DNA of 64,000 bases from a virus, in IMG/VR virus record IMGVR_UViG_3300049043_000188, positions 56,673 to 120,672 of that record; one strand, 5' to 3'. The stretch's first letter is position 1. Every line of letters starts with the position of its first letter. Shown piece after piece: positions 57,589 to 64,000 of the stretch. Position numbers and translations under genes: made by a program. Below the pieces are notes generated by a model. That model made no database searches. It worked only from the letters and a program-made list of their open reading frames with translations, and was not told the origin of the DNA.

Positions 57589-58140
57589 CTATGCCTTGCG
57601 CCTTGTTCCTCCAAATCGAATGGCTTCGCTTCTTCCTTGCGACGTGTTCTTTTTGCCATGTTCTTCGAGATTCCCTGCATTTTTTGCATGGCACTTGGTG
57701 ATTGCCCATGCCAAAGCTTCACAAGGGTCATGTTTTAACAGTTCCCAAACAATGTCGGTATTGCCATGAATGCTCGCCAATGACAGCGCAGTATGGCCAG
57801 ATTTAGTTTGTAGATTCATAGTCACATTGCCGCGTTTTAACAATTCAACAATTTCATCGTGTTTCAATAATAGGTCAACAATCTCTTTGTATCCATTCTT
57901 ACTGGCCCATACAAGAGCTGTGATACCATATTCATTCCGATGATTGACATCCAACTTGTCGTGGTGATTCAATAATTCGAACACAATGTCGACATGACCA
58001 TGTCGGCTCACAATCATCAGGGCTGTCTCATCGAATGGATCGGTGGCATTAACATTGACCCCCTCTTGCAAGAGAGCCGTGTGAACATCTTGAAGTCTGC
58101 CCTCTGCAGCAGCACGGAGCAATCCAGTGTCGCAATTCAT
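57589..58140 (-). CDS. ankyrin-repeat protein
   Basis: ETALMIVSRHGHVDIVFELL; ITALVWASKNGYKEIVDLLL; HTALSLASIHGNTDIVWELL. Confidence 0.85.
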   Translation of the reverse strand: MNCDTGLLRAAAEGRLQDVHTALLQEGVNVNATDPFDETALMIVSRHGHVDIVFELLNHHDKLDVNHRNEYGITALVWASKNGYKEIVDLLLKHDEIVELLKRGNVTMNLQTKSGHTALSLASIHGNTDIVWELLKHDPCEALAWAITKCHAKNAGNLEEHGKKNTSQGRSEAIRFGGTRRKA

Positions 58141-58793
58141 CGTCGAAGGGATGCCGCAATGTAGAGTTGGAAAAGGGCATTTTAATGAGGAAAAAGGGCA
58201 TTTCGTGATGAGTGATGAGGAGTGATGTTGCTGTTGTCTGAAGTCACGACTCACATTTCAATTTTGCATCAAATCAGGCGTATACTTGTACTACTACCGG
58301 TAGTACAATTGTACTCCGAGCATAACTGTCAAAACAAAAGCGGTTACAAAAGATACGTTCATCGTGATGTTTGTATTTGTACTGAGCGCAGCACTACCAG
58401 CTACTATAGGAGTATAAAATACTTGTAATTTGTAATCGTGGATCCCTTCCAAAAAGTGCATCGTTTGGACCCCCATTTTGATTGGCTCAACACTGAGCAG
58501 CGCAAGTGATGCTTTTATGACTAGAACTACCAACGAAAGGCTGTCCTGTCTGTGCCACTTCGACGATGTGTCAGTTGTTGCGTTTCACCGTCGAGGAACG
58601 TATCCCGCACTATACACCCTGGTCCTCGTCAAGGCGCCTATCGATCTTAGCTACGCATCGGTACACCGCACCGAGTTACCCTTCAAGAATGGACTGACGA
58701 CAAAGAAAGGTTCGAGACACGATTTGGCGTCCGTCGCATCGTACAGCACTTGCTCCATAACATGCATGATCCTCCAACCCATAATATGCGCAT

Positions 58794-59447
58794 GTGGATA
58801 ACATGAACGAAGATATAGCGGTCAAGCTTGCATCGCTCCTAAACCGGTCGCCAATAGATGTCTCGCGACAGGCAGGACGGTTCGACTCGTCCATTGGCGA
58901 CTTGGACCTTCGTTCTGTCGCAGCGACGGTATATTTAAAACTTATCCCGGGACAGAGCCACTCCATGAAACCCATTATGAGTGTTGCACCATTCGCTTTC
59001 CAAATATTCTGTGTGTTTCTGTCTTTGACGAATAAAGGCATGCCCGAATTCTTTTCGTCATCACTGATCCTGATTTTTAGCCGACAGTCAACTTTAATGC
59101 GTGGAGAGCTTGACTCTAGCCTGAATACCCTCGTTCAGACGACAATAGAGGAGGAAGAGGCTACGGAGAGGCTACTGCTTCACCACATTTTTGAGAGGTT
59201 CCCATCTTGTTCTCAGGAGATACAACATACAGCACATTTCTGCGCAGTAGTTTCAGATCCCTTTTCGATTCCAACTGCCTTGTCAATGTTGGCCGCTAAT
59301 GGGTACAGATTAAGTGCCCATCGCTTAGATCTTTGTGATCACAGCAGTGAGTCGCTCTATCAAGAGGTGTACAATCTCTACCAACTCTCCGCGGCAGCGA
59401 GGACGGTAACCCATATCTTTGCCAACTTGACAATAATAAATTTGTAG
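58794..59447 (+). CDS. hypothetical eukaryotic ORF, possibly a decayed gene
   Basis: 217-aa ORF with no recognised motif. Confidence 0.3.
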   Translation: MDNMNEDIAVKLASLLNRSPIDVSRQAGRFDSSIGDLDLRSVAATVYLKLIPGQSHSMKPIMSVAPFAFQIFCVFLSLTNKGMPEFFSSSLILIFSRQSTLMRGELDSSLNTLVQTTIEEEEATERLLLHHIFERFPSCSQEIQHTAHFCAVVSDPFSIPTALSMLAANGYRLSAHRLDLCDHSSESLYQEVYNLYQLSAAARTVTHIFANLTIINL

Positions 59448-60188
59448 CTACAGGGAGTTGAATGGAATCTCGTCATCTCCGGTAGTATGGTCGAGCTGTG
59501 CAGCAGCAACATACACCTTCCAATCTCATAGATCCGTTAGTTTCATACGTTGCAAGCAGAGTGCCTCGACAAAGATTCCAATCCTGTAGTACAAATCTTT
59601 GCCTTGTGTCCATATCTGGGATCTAGAGGATGAGAAAGACGTCACAAGACTTCAGTGTGCCAGCGTATCCGACACTCGCTCGCTCAATGCAATGGCGACG
59701 CATTTTTGGTGAACCAATTGATCTCCAAGACAAAATACTACGACAAGTGAATCAAATCCTACCAATAGAAACCTTAAATGCCGCCTAAGTGCACTAAAAC
59801 TATCGAATCAAGTTCTTCTACTACGTGAAATCCTAACACTTTGGTCTCAAGCTCTCTCACTCATATTCAGCAATGATGTTTGCGTTGCTTCAAACATCGG
59901 AAATGGGGTCAAACAGAATCTAAAGAAGTCTTGTACTCGTCCTGGAATTTTTTTTCACCCAAATGAGACCTCTTTTCGTATCATACACAGGAACCATCTT
60001 GGATTTCCAAATGTGGGACCTGTCTTCTGCATGAGCAATTTCTGAGACAAACTTGAACGCATCGCCCGCAAGTTCCTGCACCTGGCGAAAACTGTCGTTC
60101 GGAATCGTATCCTGATCCAGAAACGTGTCACAGACACTCGTCCCCCTCTTTCTTTAACGAATTGAGACACGAATTCATCAATGTAAAT

Positions 60189-61376
60189 TTAACCGTGAAT
60201 TCGAGATCCGGAATCGGGGAAGGGTAATGCCATGCTATGGGCACTGAGTATTAGTACTTTGAGACACAATTTCAGCCAAGGCGCAATCTTCACAATCCAT
60301 CCTCTTGACATCTCGACTTCAAAAGGCTCGTGAGCTGGCTGATATGAATGAGCACAGATGAAGACCACTCTGTACTTTTGCTTTACTAACGATTTGATCC
60401 ATTCTTGGGGTTCGGAAGATGAAACTGCAGCGGGAGTAATCCAAACCAGATGTGGGCATTTATTAAAGTGATCGGCAGCAAGCATCGACAACAAGGCCAT
60501 ATTTCGATCCAACCCTTGCGCTAACTTGTTGATCCTCCTGAGCTGTTCTTCCAACAATTCATTGTTTCGATTGACACTCTTTTTGATATCGTGACATTGA
60601 TCGTTGACTTTACTGATTTCAGAGAATAGATTGATATAATCTGAACTTCGTGTTTGCTCGCGAATATAAATGTTGTAGACCTCAGGAGATATCCTCCCAT
60701 ACAGGTAATCGTCCCGGAACGGATGACTTGTGCAACTGTCGAATGGACAAACTAGTTGACTTCCCCCAGAAAGACCTGCAAGACCACGCAGAATCTTGTT
60801 CTCGACACAGCTCCTGCACGCTGCATGTCCTTCACTACAGCTCATACTTGACATGTTAAGGAAGCAAACATCACAAAGAGCGGCTTCACCAGTAGGCTGA
60901 TCAAGTGTGTGAAAAGCGGTTGCTTGATTCAAATGGATAGCTTCACTGAGCTTGGGCAGGAGTTCTGCCGTGGTCATCCTTCCATCAGTCGTTTGCTTCA
61001 AACATCGATGCGCGGCCTTGCAGACAATGTCAAGAGACGTTGGTGTCCAGATAATTGACAGATCGGCGTGTTCCTTAAGCCGTTCCCAACCATTTGGGAT
61101 GGGATTTCGATCCTTGTCTTCGACGCAATCCCGCAACACATCAAAATCTCCATCTCCATCCCTACGAGACGATGGATCACCAATCAACGATCCCAAAATA
61201 AGCTCCACGAGGACAACACCAACAGAGTACACGTCGCACGCAGCTTCGTAAGAATATCGACGCCCCATGAGCCTATTAGTTACGTACTCCGGACACATGT
61301 ATCCAGGTGTTCCGAAAATCAGCAAACCAGTAGAGCATCTCACAGAAGCTACAGCAGACACGTTACGGTCAATGGG
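60189..61376 (-). pseudogene. protein kinase C-lobe plus RING-like and coiled-coil domains, 5' part displaced by a copia insertion
   Basis: FGTPGYMCPEY, DVYSVGVVLVELILG, CL..R; CDVC..CSEGHAACRSC..CPFDSC; no DFG motif or N-lobe in the window. Confidence 0.8.
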
Positions 61377-61779
61377 TGTTGTTCCATCTCAGACCTCTGT
61401 CTTACCGTACTGGTTTACCGTAGTTGTCGACAACTCCTTTCTCTCTTTTGGGGCTTAAAGTTGTGACTAAATCAGATTACTTCTACCTAACTTCACGTGA
61501 CTTCCAATCTTGCCAACTTGTTCACGTGTTGAGGTGAATGAAACCTTTTTAGTCTTCCTCTGGACTTTCTTCCATCCTTCATTATCGTCTCCTTCATTCA
61601 TGCTTGATTCGTATATATTATTGCCTTGGGTCAATCTAGGTTGCTGGATTCCGTTCACTGTGGTCGCGTATAATTCCCTGAATCGTATTTCAGTGTCGGA
61701 GGACAGACCGTTGTTCTGCACAGTCATGACGTCAGCCTTACTCGTACCGTCGTCCGTCAGTAGTCGCTTATCCTCGACA
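61377..61779 (-). repeat. 3' LTR (TGT...ACA) preceded by the polypurine tract at 61780-61789
   Basis: Minus strand GGAGGGAGGA|TGTCGAGG...GGAACAACA|CCCATT; an alternative end at 61425 (TGTCGA/TCGACA) is possible. Confidence 0.65.
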
Positions 61780-63794
61780 TCCTCCCTCCAGCAATTTAGA
61801 TTGCCTGTTCTCATCATGGTCGCATGCTTAGTGTGAAGTTTTTCTGGACAGTTCTTATTTAGGATATCCGCAGAATTCTCCTCCGATCGAACAAACTTAA
61901 CTTCAACATAACCATTAGTCTCAAGCTCTCGAATGAAGTGTGCCCTTACATCAATATGTTTCGTCCTCGCGCCAACATGCTGATTCTTAACCAAATAAAT
62001 CGCTCCCAAATTGTCTTCGTAGATTTTTCCGCACAATCTCTCTTCCTTTGGATACCGCATGACTTCGTCCATTAACATAGTGACAAACTTGTTCTCGCAC
62101 GCGCCCTTCGCCAAACTGATATACTCAGCTTCCGTGCTCGATAGCGTAACAACATGCTGGGTTTTCGATTCCCAATTCACAAGTGTTCCTCCAATTGTAT
62201 GCAGTCCTGAAGATATGCTCTTACGATTGTCCGAGTTCTTAGCGTAATCAGAATCCACAAACGATATTGCCCTCAGTTCTTTCGGTTTACGATAAACCAA
62301 TCCGTCGAACTTCTTTGCTTTGACATAACCGATCAATCTGTCCAATGCTCTCCAATGTTGCTCGCCTGGATTCGACAAATGCTGCGCTAACTCCCTCGCT
62401 GGGTTCGCCAAATCAGGAGCAAGTTTCGTCATTAGGTACATGACTTTTCCAACCAACGACCTGTACTCCGTCATCATGACTGCGTCGCCGTCGTTCTTGC
62501 TCAAATAGGAATTAGGAAAGCCTGGCGTGTCAACTTCTTTGACATTCTTACCGATCAGCTTCTCGTATGTCTCGACAATTTCAGATTCCAATTTCGTCAT
62601 ACTCGCAACAATGTAGGTCTCCTTCGTAGCGGGGTCATTCTTCCAGTCATACCACACGCCTAAGTGTTTCTTCAACTTGCCAAGATCCGATATGTTGAAT
62701 CTCTTCTGCAATTCGCGCTTGAACTTCTCAATGATATTCTTCGTGCCCATTAGTATCACATCGTCAACATGCACGACAGCCATCAATGTCACTTCCGAGT
62801 TCGAATTCTTCCAATAATACAAACAGGGATCAACAAGACTTTGGACCATTTCCATCGACTCTGTCAGATACTTGCAAAGCGTTTTCATGAATAGCCTTGG
62901 AACGTCGACACCTCCATACATCGCTCTCGTCAACTTGATGCAATTCGTCTTTCGTTCGTCTTCCGAGATAAAACCAAGTTCGACAATTCCTTCGGGCCAT
63001 TCCGCAAATACTGGTCGGTCAGATTCAAGTTCCGCATTCAAGAAAGCTGCTTCGATATCGATCATCTCAATTGTCCAGCCTTCCTTCTGACGATAAAGGG
63101 CCATTGCGATGGACGTTCTCACAGTTGTATCCGTCGCAACCGGTGAAAATGATTCCGTATAGTCAACTCCTGGAACCATAACATAGCCCTTAAGGACAAT
63201 CCGACTTTTGTAGCGTTGAGTACCGTCTTGTTCTTCCTTGATCTTGAAAATCCACTTCACAGGAATTGGCTTCCGACCGGCTAGATCTTTCCTCGGGAAT
63301 TTCTGCCACGCATCTCTCGATAAGAAATTGTTGATTTCCGCCTTGGCCGATGGTACCCATTTGTCCTTGTTAGGTCCTTCCATTGCTTTCCGAAATGTCT
63401 TGGGTTCTCCTGGGTCCGAAGTAAGTACCGTGTTGAACGCCGTCTGATCCGCCATACTGCGTGTTCGTACGCCTCGCGAGTCATCCTCAATAATTACAGG
63501 TTCGTCAATTCCCAAACGTCTCATTTCGTTCTCGAGCCTTGAAGTTCGTGGTGCTTCCTCGGTTTCCTTTGCTTCGACTTGAACTTCGACTTCATCATCC
63601 TCAGAAACATCATCCGAGACATCGTCATCAATTGACACTTCCTCGCTTGCGTCATCTCTCGCGTCATCAGAGTCATCGCTGTCGTCATCATAGTTCGCAT
63701 CAGAGTCATTGATCGTTTCGTAGTGTACCGTATCAGGATCTTCCACTGCTCCTTGCACCAATTCCATCCTCCCTGTTTCTGAGTGGTGAAGCAT
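61467..63794 (-). CDS. pol: copia Pol: reverse transcriptase and RNase H (partial)
   Basis: KWIFKIK..YKSRIVLKGY, IDIEAAFLN, HVDD, FVDSDYA, SSTEAEYI, YEDN, RTKHIDVRAHFIRE. Confidence 0.95.
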   Translation of the reverse strand: MLHHSETGRMELVQGAVEDPDTVHYETINDSDANYDDDSDDSDDARDDASEEVSIDDDVSDDVSEDDEVEVQVEAKETEEAPRTSRLENEMRRLGIDEPVIIEDDSRGVRTRSMADQTAFNTVLTSDPGEPKTFRKAMEGPNKDKWVPSAKAEINNFLSRDAWQKFPRKDLAGRKPIPVKWIFKIKEEQDGTQRYKSRIVLKGYVMVPGVDYTESFSPVATDTTVRTSIAMALYRQKEGWTIEMIDIEAAFLNAELESDRPVFAEWPEGIVELGFISEDERKTNCIKLTRAMYGGVDVPRLFMKTLCKYLTESMEMVQSLVDPCLYYWKNSNSEVTLMAVVHVDDVILMGTKNIIEKFKRELQKRFNISDLGKLKKHLGVWYDWKNDPATKETYIVASMTKLESEIVETYEKLIGKNVKEVDTPGFPNSYLSKNDGDAVMMTEYRSLVGKVMYLMTKLAPDLANPARELAQHLSNPGEQHWRALDRLIGYVKAKKFDGLVYRKPKELRAISFVDSDYAKNSDNRKSISSGLHTIGGTLVNWESKTQHVVTLSSTEAEYISLAKGACENKFVTMLMDEVMRYPKEERLCGKIYEDNLGAIYLVKNQHVGARTKHIDVRAHFIRELETNGYVEVKFVRSEENSADILNKNCPEKLHTKHATMMRTGNLNCWREDVEDKRLLTDDGTSKADVMTVQNNGLSSDTEIRFRELYATTVNGIQQPRLTQGNNIYESSMNEGDDNEGWKKVQRKTKKVSFTSTREQVGKIGSHVKLGRSNLI

Positions 63795-64000
63795 CAGAGT
63801 TGTTCGCGAGTTCCTCAGAATAGGCCGGGATTAGGTGGGGTCCATCCAAATCATCATGGTCATGCAATTCCAGATTCAACTTGACCTTGTTCAGCATCAG
63901 CAGGTGGTACCGGCACCGTCGCTTTATGCAGTACCAGTTCCGGGTCATACACTCGGGTCATCTGGAGTCGAATGTCACCGTCTGAGTTCTTGATGTCCGC

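Larger units (their letters stand above)
61377..64000 (-). mobile_element. Ty1/copia LTR retrotransposon, 3' part
   Basis: RT-RNase H ORF, polypurine tract and 3' LTR. Confidence 0.92.

Overview
This window is not one genome. It is an unsplit Oxford Nanopore concatemer of about 21 unrelated molecules, joined at back-to-back ligation-adapter remnants (AGCAATACGTAACTGAACGAAGT...TTACGTATTGCT), and frequent indel errors split many genes. Main pieces: (1) 1-26318, a T4-like freshwater cyanomyophage core block (gp16 to gp23, gp3, uvsY/W, gp55, gp47/46, CobT-like peptidase/VWA, CobS-like AAA, gp45). (2) 27488-30072, a fungal-type TBC Rab-GAP gene. (3) 30507-31721, a GC-rich eukaryotic fragment with a TET/JBP-like 2OG-Fe(II) dioxygenase signature. 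(4) 31770-36329, a bacterial defence island with a truncated type IIG R-M gene, an IS1-family element and a type I hsdR. (5) 38149-39417, a spirotrich ciliate nanochromosome end (C4A4 telomere, PP2C gene with TAA/TAG read as Gln). (6) 42380-51706, a GC-rich Polinton-like-virus fragment. It carries a penton, two divergent methyltransferases, a T7/NCLDV-type SSB and a very large replication polyprotein that appears to fuse a Cys protease, an HNH nuclease, a highly divergent family-B polymerase and an SF1B helicase; this is the best candidate for a novel system. (7) 51756-55312, the ONT lambda DNA control strand (Sam7 allele). (8) 55355-64000, diatom-like DNA with ankyrin genes and a Ty1/copia element inserted into a kinase gene. 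All assignments come from motif recognition by eye; no database searches were run.
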